From Guillardia theta CCMP2712 (taxonomy: Eukaryota > Protista > Cryptophyta), in the NCBI RefSeq assembly GCF_000315625.1, contig NW_005434608.1, positions 185,353-249,352 on the forward strand: a stretch of 64,000 nt of DNA, read 5' to 3'. Below the pieces are notes generated by a model. The model saw nothing but the letters and a program-made list of their open reading frames with translations. It made no database searches and was not told where the DNA came from. Of this stretch, positions 45,845-58,190 are shown in pieces. Made by a program: the position numbers and the translations under genes. Position 1 is the stretch's first letter. Each line of letters starts with the position of its first letter.

Positions 45845-46960
45845 TCGGTACGGTACGGTGTGACCGGGTATGGTGTGGCGTGACTCGGACCGTACGGTAC
45901 TGTACGCCGGCCGGAGCCCGGCCCGGGCCCTTCTCTGGAGCGAACTGAGTTGGAAGAGGCTTGCAGACCTGACTAGTCAGTGAGTGGGGCTGCTGGGTTG
46001 AGCTAATGAATCGCAAGGTCTAACTTCGGAATCATTCAAAGTCACAGCACGCAATCACGGCCCGTCTGAGTTACTAGTTACTAAAGTACTCACTGAGTCA
46101 GTGTCCTCGGATGAGCCCGGGCTACTGATGCCGGGGCCCGGCAAATTTCAAATATTATAAGAATTTTTTAAAAGACCCTCAGCTCTTTTACGTGTCCGCC
46201 CGAAGGCTTACGGGAGGGTGGGGAGGTGGGGTAGAGGAACAAGTTGAAGATAGTGGGATTCGGAAACAGGGGTACTGATTGACTAGAGGTGGTAGGGGGC
46301 CACTGTTGCCATCAACTAAGACTTATCGATATTATTAAATCGAGGGGCTTGAGGGCTACATCGAGACAGTGGAGGGTAAGAAGGGTGGGGTGTGGTTACC
46401 AGGTACTACTGTACACAGAAATTTCTGGTCAAGTTGAGGAGGGGGTGGAGCAGGAGGATGGAAGGGGTGGTGAGAACTGTAGTAGTAGACGTTAGCGTCC
46501 TAGGGGGGTGGTACAAGAAGGAGATAGGGGTGTAGGCGGATTGTGGTAGAGGTGGTAGGGTAGGTGAGGGACCGGGTAGAGGTGGGGGAGCGCATGTGCT
46601 TTAAAGGATCGCAGGGGGGTGCCTGAAATGTTCAGCTACCTAGGGGTACTGGAAGGGTGGACCGGGGGTGATACGTACACCAAGATGGGTTTGTAGGGGT
46701 AGTGGGTAGTCGGATTTTTCCAGGACCGGATAATTTGAGTTGAAATGAGGGGGTGGTGTTAGTGGTCTCCCTCACATGGGAGTGAGATAAAACTAGGACT
46801 CCTACTGGTGAGATAACAGTGGGATGGGGGGTGGGTAGGTGAAGTTGAAAGGGTGGGGTAGAAAAGCAAGGCGTGGGAGGGTGGCAGGTTGGAATGGTGT
46901 GAACAATGGGATGGAAGGATGCAAGCAGCAGCGACGGGGAGAGGAGGGAGGAGGGCAAGG
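45845..46960 (+). repeat. Composite intergenic element: GC core, AT spacer, long GGGGTAG/GGGGTGG arm
   Basis: Core 45845-46142 (ccggcccgggccc, tgactagtca, ctgagtcag), AT-rich 46143-46175, G-rich to about 46960. Confidence 0.6.
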
Positions 46961-47283
46961 GAGGAGGGTGAGGAACCGAGAGGTCAGAGGAGGACAGTGA
47001 CGTCAGTCATAGCTCGCGTTACAAGATCTCGATGATCCGATGCAGGAGACAAGGCTCGTCAGTCGGATCTGAATCGTGATCTGACGGGGCACTGAAGATT
47101 AGACGTGGGACAATGGTTTTGTGACGCGTCGAACGTAGAAGAAAGCTGTTAAGCTCTGACTGAGAGATCATGTGATGAATGTCATGCTGTCTGATATCCA
47201 CGATGCCCTGATGTTACTCTGCATTTCCCCCGTTTTCCCGGCACTCTTCTGTGAATTTCGTCTGAATCTTCTTCTTGCAGAGC

Positions 47284-48996
47284 ATGTGCATTTCATCTAA
47301 TGCACCTCCAAGGCTTGTTGGAGAAGTCCAACGCAAGCCGCTGCCAAAGCCCGCCGATCAAGCGTTCACCGTTCGATGGCGTCATATAATGGGGTCGATT
47401 CTCGCTGCAAATTTCGCAGTCTTCTGGGCAATTCCTGTCTTTGGTATGGGCCAAGTATGGAAACTTGGTCTGTACCGGATTCTGAGGCCGATATTCAATT
47501 TCTTTGATCAGAACACATTTCTTCGCTCCTTTGCCAAGAATTATATCTACAGCAAGGAGCTTTACACGGACTTCTTCGCACTGTCAGTGTTCCTCGCCCT
47601 TCAGAACTTCGCCGCGTTGGGGGTTGCGCTGTACTGGCAGGTACGGGTGTGCAGAAGGAATGATATCGCATGCTTACCTCCATACAGGTCAAGTACGAGT
47701 ACCTCCCTTGGTGGCTGATCTTCGCTTACTACTGCCAGTGGGTTGGTTTGGGAGGAAGGGGGATGGGAGGTGCATACACGTTGTCTCACAAGGAGGGGCA
47801 TCATCGAGGGGGAGGGTTGTACAAGAACTGGATCGCGTCGACCTTTGGGAATGTGTGGGAGAACTGGATGGGATACCTGTATGGCATCGTTCCGTACAAC
47901 TTCTCTACCTCGCATGTGTTCCTCCATCATAAGCTGAACGGTGGGAAAGGAGACGCCATGTACCAGTGGGACCTTGATCGGTCGTCATGGAGCGACTTGA
48001 TGCTGTTCCAGTACAGGGTGATGGTGTACATGACAGGCTGGAGCAGCATGGAGACTTTCCGAACGCTTGCTGACTCGAACACTGTCATGGCCAAGAACTA
48101 CCAGATGCTTTTGAAGGGCATGATCCTCTACTGGGTCGTGTGCCCTAGCGTCTCCCTCTCCCTCTTGGTCGGAGTTGCCGGATGCTCCATCATCTCCAGC
48201 CTCAAGTTCATGTTCTACATCTGGTTCGAGCCCATGTGCGGGATGGCTTTCTTCCTTGCGCTGATCAACTTCGCCTTCCACGCCTTCATCGAGTTGGACG
48301 AGAGCGGCAGGCACGTCGCGTGCGTGAACTCGACGGTGATCTTCGACGGGGACGATGACTACTGGGGAGAGGACGACCACATGGCCCATCACTACTACAC
48401 CAACGGTGAGCCCGACGTCCCTCCCTGATGCTGCGTGACTAGTGCAACAGTCAGCCATCGTGACCTCCCGGAGCACCAGCAGACTCAGCATCAGGTGATG
48501 GGACTTGGCATGACGTGTGCTTGCCTTGTATGATGATGTTATGGACAGGAGTGGAAGAAGTGGACGGCGTCATGCTTCAAGAAACTGTCCATAGTTGAGC
48601 TAGCAATCTTCATCCTCCTGAAAGAGTGGAAGAGGTGAGGATGGGCGGCAGGCGGCTCTGAGCGCGGTTGACTGCGAGCAGGCTGGCCACCTATCACTTT
48701 GTTGACTTCAGTGGCAAGTTGTCAGTCGACGAGATCGCGCATCTGTTGGAGGTCTGCAAACTGACCTCCTTGATCCCAGCTGATGTTGCACCTGGTGCAG
48801 GTGAGGGCGAAGAGGAAGGAGATGGACTACGAGACGTACGAGTTCGACTACCTCCCGAACCTCAAGGCCAACGCAGTAGATCTCGTCAAAGATGTATACA
48901 CTTCCATGTTCCCTCCTCCTCCTCCCTGTAACGCGCGCGCAGGGGACGTGCAGGAACGTGGGAGAGGCGCTGAAGCACTTGGCGCACACAAGGTGA
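47284..48996 (+). CDS. Membrane-bound fatty-acid desaturase/hydroxylase superfamily protein
   Basis: Three His boxes (SHKEGHH, SHVFLHH, DHMAHH) plus NFAFHAF, interleaved with TM segments. Six or more short introns. No cytochrome b5 domain. Confidence 0.85.
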
Positions 48997-49666
48997 GCTA
49001 GCATGGCGGGTACTGTAGATAGTGAAGGTTGTCCCAGCACGCCGCTCATTGAGGGTCAAGTCACTCAGAAGATCTACAAGAAACAGAACTGATTTGTATG
49101 ATATGATAACAGCAGAATAACATCTGACGACTTGGGATGTTTGACATATTTGTGATAAAGGTTATGAATTCCCCAAACAACAGCTTCCTCTTCCTCCCTC
49201 CTACCCCAACGCCCTCCTCTCCTCTGAAAAAAACACCTCTCCAACACCTCTCCTCCCCTCCCCTCCCATCCCCTCTACCTCCTCCCTCCCTTCTTCCTCC
49301 TCCACCATCCCCCCTTCCGCTTCTTCCCTCCTCCGCACTCCTACTCTCGTCAGTCCTTGTCCTTCTCACGTCGAGCTTCTCTTTCCTCTCTCCGTCTCTT
49401 CCCAACATCTTCCCCCTCCCCGCCCTCCCTCCCTCCCTCCCCGCCCTGACACTCCGTCACATTTCGCCAGCACCCATTTCGCCCCTTTTCCCTGGTCAAC
49501 ATATTCGTACCCCAACTCCCTTGCTGCCCGCCAACCCCGACCCCCGCTCGCCCTCCCCTTCCTCTCCCTCCGCCGCCATCGCTCCCCTCCTCTTCCTTCC
49601 ATCCGCTTCCCCTCTCTCCTCTCTCATCCTCCTCCCTTGTCTGCAGGAGGAGCGGCGCCAAGGGCC

Positions 49667-51556
49667 ATGGCGGACGAACTGAGCCTGTTCCCGTACTGGA
49701 GGCGGTTGGAAATCCGAAGTGAGTTGCAGAAAAACAGGAAGCGACAGGAGCTGGAGGAGAAGATTGAGAGGAACAGGAGGGAACATTACCGCAAGCTGTT
49801 CAGCGTCAGAGAAGATGCTCGAAACTTTGAGGAGACGGCGCTCGAGGAGATGGCGAGAAGGAAAGCGCGAGAGGAGCAGGAGAAGGCGAGGCTGCTTTCA
49901 TCCGAGGACTTCAACCCTCCGCTGAGAACTCAGAAGCAGGAAGAGAAAACGCAGGAGGAGGAAGAGAAAAAGGAGGAGGAGAAGGAGGACTACACCTTCA
50001 CAGACGAGGATGAAGAGGAGGGCGCGACTGGGTACGATCAGGGTAGTTTCGAGAGCTCTGGAGGAGGGGACGATTCGCGCGACCTTGATGAAGGTTCTGA
50101 GAGAACTAGCGAAGTCTTTGATCCATCTGAACACTCGACGACGGCAGCGAGCAAGATGACGGGGGAGATAGAGGAGGAGGAGGAGGAGGAGGGAGGAGAA
50201 ATCGTGGAATCTGTCAAGGACGGGACGTCTTCTGTAGAGGAGGAGCGAGAGGAGACAGAGGAGGATGGAAGTCTGCGAGCACAGGAGGAGGAGGAGGAGT
50301 CTTTAGCAAGCAGCTCGAAGAACGACCAGCAGTACTCGGACGACGCGGAGGAAGAGCTGACGGAAAGGGATGATTACTCGCAAGGAAGTTTCGAGGATAC
50401 GGAAGAGGGAGCGAGGGAGGGCGCAAAGACTCCTGTGCCAGCATCGGAGGAGGAGAGACAGGAGCGTGCTCGTGCTGAGACGTCCAAGGCAGACAGTGAG
50501 CGTGTGGGAGGAGGAGGAGGAGGAGGAGGAGGAGGAGGAGGAGGAGGAAGGAAATTTGCTGAAGGTGTTGAGGATGGGAGGGAGGAAGGGGAGGAGTGGG
50601 CAGGGATGCGAGAGCGAGTCAGGCGCGAGCACGAGAGAGCCGCCGTGCTGGGCAAGTGTGGTGTATGCGAGGATGAGAATTGTACGGATCCCTCGCACAG
50701 AGATCCAACGTCGAACCCCTTCTGGCATGGAGGGGTGGCGCAGGCTACCTCTGCCATCCAACAGGCCCTGATGCGACAGGAGCAGCAATTCATCGGGAGC
50801 AAAGTCATGCAGTATGCTAAGCAAGCGCAGGTGAGACGCTCATCTGCTCCCTGCTCCCTGCTCCCTCCTTTGACCTCGCTCACCCCTCTAATCTCACTCT
50901 GCTCCCTCCTCCCTCCTCCCTCCTCCCTCCTCCCTCCTCCCTCCTCCCTCCTCCCGCTTTTCCTCTCTTTCCCGCTTTTCCTCTCTTTCCCTCACTTCTT
51001 CTCAAAGGAGTGGAAGAGCGATCGCTGTCGCAGCACGTGGGGCATTGGGACTCAAGCTGACCGAATCGACTCAAGCTTTCATCGAGATGCAGATCCTTTC
51101 AGGTATCTCCTCGAATTCTCTTGTGAGAATTCAAAACATGCGCAACAGGATTCAATTTCTCACTGACTTCACGGACTTGTATGTCAAGAACATATCACCA
51201 GACAGCTCTTTGGATGTTGTTGTTGAGATATTCTCCCTGGGTATCTTGTTGTCTTCGTCTTTGTCTGTTCTTATTCGATTCTCATTATCCTCGACTCTGA
51301 CTTGATACACCCACTAGCTGGTGAAGTTCACAGCGTCGTATTTCATTCCACGGTGATAATTTGAATTTGTCTGGCTGATATTCATCAATTGTTTCCAAGA
51401 TTGAAAGTGAAAGGAGAGCGCATGTCTCCTATAAGGATCCAAATTGTGCAAAGGTTTGCTCGCTGCTCCTGCTCCTGCTCCTGCTGCTTCTCCTTCTCCC
51501 GCTCCCGCTCTTATTCCTGCTGCTTCTCCTTCGCCGGCTCCTGCTCCTGCTCTTGT

Positions 51557-51592
<36 letters not shown>

Positions 51593-52951
51593 AGTTCCTG
51601 TACATTGGCCCTCATCTTGGTTATATCTCTTCTCCCATGTTTTCGTCTTCAACTTCTTCACCCCTTCAAGTCGCAGTTGACCCACCCTGCCTCCTTCTAG
51701 AACGCGATTTTCCTCCTGAATGGCCGCAAAGTCTCCTTGAGCTCGACGCAAATCTTTGTGGGGAACGAGATCTTCACTAGAAACAAGGTAAGACATGGCG
51801 GGAAATCTTTCCTGAGTGATATCTGGGCAGGAGCACGAGGGAGGGAAGGGAGGACGAGGAGAAGGAGGAAGAGGAGGAGGAGGTGAAGGGGGAGGGGGAG
51901 GAACGCAGCATGAAAGCATGCGGCACCTTGCCTCCTGCCAGCTGTTCCGTTGCATTCATGACGGCAACATCGACGGCGTCCAGAAATCGCTCCTCCATGG
52001 CGGGGCAGACCCCAACGCTGTGATCACCCTCCGCAACTTCCCTCGACTTTTCGGGAACCAGGACAGCGGGGAGATGGACGGAGAGGAGTTTCAGGAGCAC
52101 AGCTCTGCGAGATGGCCAGCTGTCGGGTTCGAGGGGCGCGACGGGGAAAGCGCCCTGCATCTGGTGAGCATGAGGAGGAGGAGGAGGTGGTGGTGGTGGT
52201 GGTGGTGGAGGAGGAGGAGGTGGTGGCAGGGAGNNNNNNNNNNNNNNNNNNNNNNNNNNNNNNNNNNNNNNNNNNNNNNNNNNNNNNNNNNNNNNNNNNN
52301 NNNNNNNNNNNNNNNNNNNNNNNNNNNNNNNNNCGCACCCGAACAACCAAACGCAGAGTTTTCATTGACCGAGGAAAGCCGACAAACGCCCAGTGAGCTA
52401 AACGAGCTAGGGAGGGAGGAAAAGAGAGAGAGCAGGGGCGGGAAAAGAGAGGAGAAAGAGGGGATGCAATGCAGGGCATGTTCAAGGAGGGCAGCACACA
52501 AGGTTCAGACTAGACTTCGTTCATCGCACCTGGCATTTCTCCACTGCAACTCCTCCCAGCATCTCACTAGCAGCCTGCAGCTGCACACGTCGAATGAGGT
52601 CTGGACCAAGTCAGCCCCCCTGCTCCTACCTGGACCGACGGCGCTCTCTCGCTCCTGCATGCGAACGCTCTGGGAACGCTATCAGCTATCCAGTGACAGC
52701 ATCCTCCTCCTCCCGCCCCTCACATCAGGAACAGGTCGTTCACTGCTGACTTCGACTGTGCTTCCAACAGGACGTTCAACGCTGCGCGCAAGACGAGCAA
52801 AGTCACGCAAGGGATTCCATGGCAGCATCAGGTCACCAGCAACATCCGTGTTGGTGTACTCCATCGATGACGACACTCTCGCGCTCTCCTCTCCTTTCTC
52901 GCTTCACCAGATCCCCGGCTCCGACCGCTGCTGTCAAGATCTCAACCCTGA
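49667..52951 (+). CDS. Acidic low-complexity protein with a Cys/His knuckle, RRM-like domain and ankyrin repeats (spans an N-gap)
   Basis: Glu-rich exon with KCGVCEDENCTDPSH. Spliced FTDLYVKNISPDSSLDVVVEIFSL|AGEVHSVVF...DPNCAK|NAIFLLNGRKV is RRM-like. LFRCIHDGNIDGVQKSLLHGGADPNA...RDGESALHL is ankyrin-like. Continuity past the gap at 52234-52333 is inferred. Confidence 0.6.
51463..51590. repeat. (GCTCCT)n hexanucleotide repeat (intronic)
   Basis: Imperfect tandem run. The same unit occurs at 9117-9170 and 53941-54043. Confidence 0.9.
52234..52333. other. Assembly gap (100 N)
   Basis: Run of n. Confidence 0.99.
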
Positions 52952-53239
52952 GTTGCCGCTATCAGAAATTGGAATGCACAAACAGCTCCAACGCTCTGCA
53001 TGCCCAGGTGTGAAGCAGCGTCGTACGTGAGACCTAGTCGCTTTCCACTGTTCCTCTTCGACACCTCAGCGCATGGTCTTCCTATCCTCCTGACTTCTTC
53101 CCTCCCAACCCTCATCATGCAAGTACTATTCTCTATCCTACCAACCTGAAACAAACCCTCATGTTTCTACAACCAGCCCTCAATGTCCTACGCTCTCCTG
53201 CTCCTCCTGATCTTACTCCGTCTTTCCTTTGTCCCCCTC

Positions 53240-53455
<216 letters not shown>

Positions 53456-53478
53456 GGAGTCATCCCCTCCACTTTCCC

Positions 53479-53940
53479 NNNNNNNNNNNNNNNNNNNNNN
53501 NNNNNNNNNNNNNNNNNNNNNNNNNNNNNNNNNNNNNNNNNNNNNNNNNNNNNNNNNNNNNNNNNNNNNNNNNNNNNNNNNNNNNNNNNNNNNNNNNNNN
53601 NNNNNNNNNNNNNNNNNNNNNNNNNNNNNNNNNNNNNNNNNNNNNNNNNNNNNNNNNNNNNNNNNNNNNNNNNNNNNNNNNNNNNNNNNNNNNNNNNNNN
53701 NNNNNNNNNNNNNNNNNNNNNNNNNNNNNNNNNNNNNNNNNNNNNNNNNNNNNNNNNNNNNNNNNNNNNNNNNNNNNNNNNNNNNNNNNNNNNNNNNNNN
53801 NNNNNNNNNNNNNNNNNNNNNNNNNNNNNNNNNNNNNNNNNNNNNNNNNNNNNNNNNNNNNNNNNNNNNNNNNNNNNNNNNNNNNNNNNNNNNNNNNNNN
53901 NNNNNNNNNNNNNNNNNNNNNNNNNNNNNNNNNNNNNNNN
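53479..53940. other. Assembly gap
   Basis: Run of n. Confidence 0.99.
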
Positions 53941-54352
53941 GGAGCAGGACGAGCAGGAGAAGGCGGAGGAGCAGGAGGAGCAGGAGGAGCAGGAGGAGCA
54001 GGAGCAGGAGCAGGAGCAGGAGGAGCAGGAGGAGCAGGAGCAGCATGAGCTAATTTAGAAGTACCAGGACATGGATGGACTGAGAGCAAAGAAAGATCAA
54101 GGGTGGATAGAGAGGAGGAGGTCAATTTTACGAGACTGGATACAGAGTAAGAAAGGACTTCATTGTAGCACATATAATGCCAATGTTGTTAAACATCTTT
54201 GATGTCGAGGAGCTCGTGAAAGCGTCTTCTTCTGTCATGTTGAGCGCATGCGAACCTTGGCGAGTCCAACACGCACCCTGCAACCCCCGAATCGCTGCAT
54301 CATCCTGACCTCTTGCCAGTTGCAGGTTGAAGCTCGTGTGGACCGGGTGGCC

Positions 54353-57300
54353 ATGTTATCTTCGGTTCGCATGTCCATCGCTTCAAGGCTGCACTTAGCG
54401 AACATAGTAGCGCCATGCATACCCTGCTTCTGGAAAATCTCAAGCCATGGTGCTTGCGCTCCATCCCTCACGGCTCTCCCTTCCTTGAGGCAGATGTCAA
54501 GGGCGTCATCTGCCAGAAACAGTAGCCATGCCAGTGACCCTGAGGCTTCAGGCGATTCTGCAAGTGGAAGGAGCAGTCAAGGGAAGACAATGAACTTGTG
54601 GCAGGCAAGAAAACAGCTCAGTGAACTTAGGAAGAGGAAGAAGGAGATGAAGATGGAGGACGAGATGGTCTGCGGGCCTTCCCACTCGGCGATGCAGCAT
54701 CCTGTCTTCATCAAGGCGGTGGTAGAGCAGAGTCTTCGCAGCATGCTGCAGCTGAGGTCCCAAGAGAAGAAGATGCGAATTCAGCTGGACTTGGAGCAGC
54801 TGGGGATGCAGTACCTCCGTGAAGTGCTCGAGACAAATTTCCCCATCTCGGCGCTGCCCTACAAGCTCAAGGTGAACCAGATCGGCTTCGAGAAGACCAA
54901 CGTCAAGCTGCGAAAGTGCGTGGGTACCCTCACCGACGAAAAGTCGATCCAGGTGCTCCGGAAGTTGCTGGTGGGCTCAAATGGATACTCGCCCACTTTC
55001 GAGATCGAGATAGCTCTTGAAGATGATGTCAACGTGTTCCAGTACTCCGAGGACGTTGTGAAGATGAAGCGGCTGGCGGAGCAATCGACCCACTACTGCA
55101 TGATCTCCTTCTACAGCTTCACCCCCATCGCTCACCCCGACCTGGTCGTCGAGGAATACCTGAGAGACTGGGAGCCTGTCGGGATCCTCGGGCGTACCTA
55201 CGTGGCTAAGGAGGGAGTCAACGCTCAGCTGGCTGTGCCTTGCGAGGTGGTGGGTTGGTTGGAGTCCTATGTCCAGCAGAGGCCCGAGCTGCAGGGACAG
55301 GCAGTTCTGAATCGCGACCCTGTGCTTGTGCGCAAGGAGGAAGAAGGGACAAACGCTCCCTTCGAGAGTCTGCACGTGAGGACACGACCGTACGTGCTGA
55401 TGGACGGGATGGAGCGCAAACTAGAGTGGACGGACGCTGGGGAGGAGCTCTCCCCTAAGGAGTGGCACGAGAAGCTGAAAGAGGCGGCGGCGGGGAAGGG
55501 GTCGAACGGGAAGGAGGTGGTGATCTTGGACTGCAGGAACACCTACGAAAGCGACTTGGGGAGGTTCGATGGGGCGGTCCCTCTCAATACAATCAAGTTC
55601 AGCGAATCCTGGAATGTCATTGAGAGCCAACTACAGGGCCGTCAGCCTGACAAGACAGGTGCCTTGCCTCCCCCCTCTCCCCCTCCCTGCCTCCTGCCTC
55701 CTGCCTCCTCGACCCTCCTGCCTCCTGCCTCGTCCTGCTCCCTGCTGCGGGTCCAAATCTTGTTGTTCTGTCCGCACATGCTTTCTCCTTCTTTCTCCGC
55801 CCTTTCCTTTCAAACTCCCGGCTCCTCCTCGCAAAATAGTGATCCATCGCGCTCCTCCTCCTCAGCTGACCTGACCTCCCTTGCGACAGAGGTCATGATC
55901 TATTGCACTGGAGGCATCCGTTGCGTGAAGGTGGGCGCGTACCTAAAGCAGAACATGGGCTTCAAGGATGTGAAGAGACTGCGAGGAGGGATCGTGAGCT
56001 ACCTCCGAGACCTCAACGAGACGTGCGGAGGAGACGAGAGGGAGATGGAGAAGGCCTCCTTGTTCAAGGGCATCAACTATGTCTTCGACGGGAGGGTCGG
56101 CCAGCTTGTCACCCGGGATATTCCGATCGACCGCATGCCAAACTCCACAGGGGAGCCACTGTTGAAGGATCAGGACGGAAACCTCATCCCAGTGTCCGGG
56201 CCCGAGGTACCGGACCAGTACGACAGGTGCAGGAAGATCCGGGAGTGCGTCTCAGCGGCGTTCGCCTCGAGGTTTGGGGAGGCAGCGAAGAGGCCAGAGG
56301 AGGACGAGAACGGCAGCTCTCTCGCTGAGACGAGCCCAGCACATGAAGAGCAGCCAGCGGGAGGTAGCGAGCAGGTCGAGCTGACAAACGAGTCCGCGAG
56401 AGCCGAGGCGTTTTGCGCCTACTTCTCGCAGTCGTATCTGCGGGAAGCCGAGCTCTTGCAGGAGCTGACGGAGGAAACAAGGAAATCCTTCCCTGTTGTC
56501 CATCACATGTGCTCCGGCCCGTTGCAGGTTCGGTGGGAGAGAGGGCGGGTTGGCGGCTGACTGTTGCGAGCAGGGGAGCTTCCTCACCTTCCTCTGTGAG
56601 CTGTCTCGGGCACGGAGGGTGCTGGAGGTCGGCTGCTTCACCGGCTACACCACCATGTGCTTGGCCAGCAGCAGGGACGTCGAGGCTGTCATCTCCATCG
56701 ATCGAGATTCCAAGACTTCGAAAGTGGCAAGGAGCTTCTTCGAGAGGTCGAAGTTCGGCCACAAGATCCAGCTGAGGGTGGGAGACTCCCAAGCGATCCT
56801 GACTGAGCTTGTGGAGGAGAAGCAAAAGCCCTTCGACCTGGTCTACCTCGATGCCGCTAAGCGCAGCTACCTCGAGCAGGTGGAGGAGGAGGAGGAAGCG
56901 GGGGGGGGGGTGAGAGGGAGGAGGAAAGGGTTGGGTGCTAAGGGGAACGGGAATGCTGAGTGAAACGAGGATCATTCCTACCGTGGACTTGACCCTGCGC
57001 TGTCGCAGAGGAACTTCCTACTGGAGCACGGGCTCATCCCGGTGGGAGGTCTTGTGCTGGCTGACAACATCCTGTGGCGAGGAAGCACGATCGATGAGCA
57101 TGACAAGGTCCTCCAGTCCGGAGAGAGGAAGGTGCCGGAGACCAGAGATGACAAGGTTGCCCTGCTTGCCTCCTCGCTGCTCCTGAGTAGTTCCAACAGA
57201 TCGTCGCTGCCATGCTCGACTACGTTCAGAGCGGGAGTACAAGCGCGCAGGTGAGGCTGGAGTGAGCAGGATCAGGGGGTGACGTGTGGTTGCAGTTCGA

Positions 57301-57355
57301 GCAGGTGGTGGTTCCCTTCCGAGATGGCATCAGCATAGTTAGGAGAATAGCGTGA
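54353..57355 (+). CDS. Fusion of a TrhO/YceA-type rhodanese-domain tRNA U34 hydroxylase and a class-I SAM/cation-dependent O-methyltransferase (5' end uncertain)
   Basis: TrhO motifs: SFYSFTPI, GILGRTYVAKEGVNAQLA, FESLHVRTR, GEELSPKEWHE, ILDCRNTYESDLGRFDGAV, MIYCTGGIRCVKVGAYLK, VKRLRGGIVSY, FKGINYVFDGRV. OMT motifs: LLQELTEET, MCSGPLQ|GSFLTFL, RVLEVGCFTGYTTMCLA, FDLVYLDAAKRSY, GGLVLADNILWRG, VVVPFRDGISIVRR*. Introns include 55659-55889 and 56528-56573. Confidence 0.9.
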
Positions 57356-57596
57356 GATGCTCTATTAGCAATGAAAACTTGTTGACCATGATGACATCAG
57401 CAGTCCTCATCATTCAAAAAATTGTTTATGAAGATTCACACCAGTGCTCCTATATCACAAAAACTTGACCACCGTCGAAGCTTCCTTTCTGTCGCATATA
57501 CAAGCAGGCCCGTGGGCGAGGGAGAAGAAGATAGAAAAAAACGAGGAAGAGGAGGACGAGGAATAGGAGGACGAGGACGAAGACGAGGCCTGAAAC

Positions 57597-58190
57597 TTAA
57601 TCACTGTCCTCCCTCTCGTAGATCACTGCAGTGCTGTAAAGCCCACGAGGAGGAGGCAGAACCGGGTGCGACGGATCGAACGTCTCGAACCCAGGATGGA
57701 ACTTCCCGTCTACGGTGGAGCCGATAAAAGGCATGAAGACGGACCTGCTCCCGCACGGTTTCTTCTGCGACTTGAAGGAGCTCGTGCTCTTTACCCGTAG
57801 AGCATCCTGCATCCTAGAGCACACGTTCTCGACCCTCGAGCCAACAAACTCTGCAAGCACATTGGCTGCGGAGTATGAGAACATCTCCCTGGGTATGGAG
57901 GACACGTCGTCGGATGTCGTGTCGTCGGAGGAGTAGCAGTCGTCCGAGAGCTCCACCATCTCCTGGTTCAGCATCTCATCCGTCCTCTTACACACTTTCA
58001 ACAATGTCGAGTATGCCTCCAGCAGGAAGCTGCCAGTCTCCTGCTCTGCGCACTCCTTCGGATGCGGTCTAGCTCTTCTCATTGCCCTGCTGCTATTTAC
58101 GTTCCCTGCTTCTGCTCCATAGTAATGTAGATTTTCTCTCAAAGATTTGCTCGTTTGCCTTGATATGAGGTTGCTGGGTCTGTACACCAT
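57597..58190 (-). CDS. Hypothetical single-exon protein
   Basis: Clean ORF of about 197 aa from the first ATG (MVYRPSNL...) with coding-like codon usage. No family recognised. Confidence 0.55.
   Translation of the reverse strand: MVYRPSNLISRQTSKSLRENLHYYGAEAGNVNSSRAMRRARPHPKECAEQETGSFLLEAYSTLLKVCKRTDEMLNQEMVELSDDCYSSDDTTSDDVSSIPREMFSYSAANVLAEFVGSRVENVCSRMQDALRVKSTSSFKSQKKPCGSRSVFMPFIGSTVDGKFHPGFETFDPSHPVLPPPRGLYSTAVIYEREDSD

Noticed and set aside
51314-51955. 213-aa minus-strand ORF
   Set aside because: Antisense to plus-strand RRM/ankyrin exons and kept open by a GCTCCT repeat.
55659-55889. Pro/Ser/Leu-rich insertion within the rhodanese domain of the 770-aa ORF
   Set aside because: It is a stop-free 231-nt GT-AG intron. 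Removing it restores PDKTEVMIYCTGGIRC.
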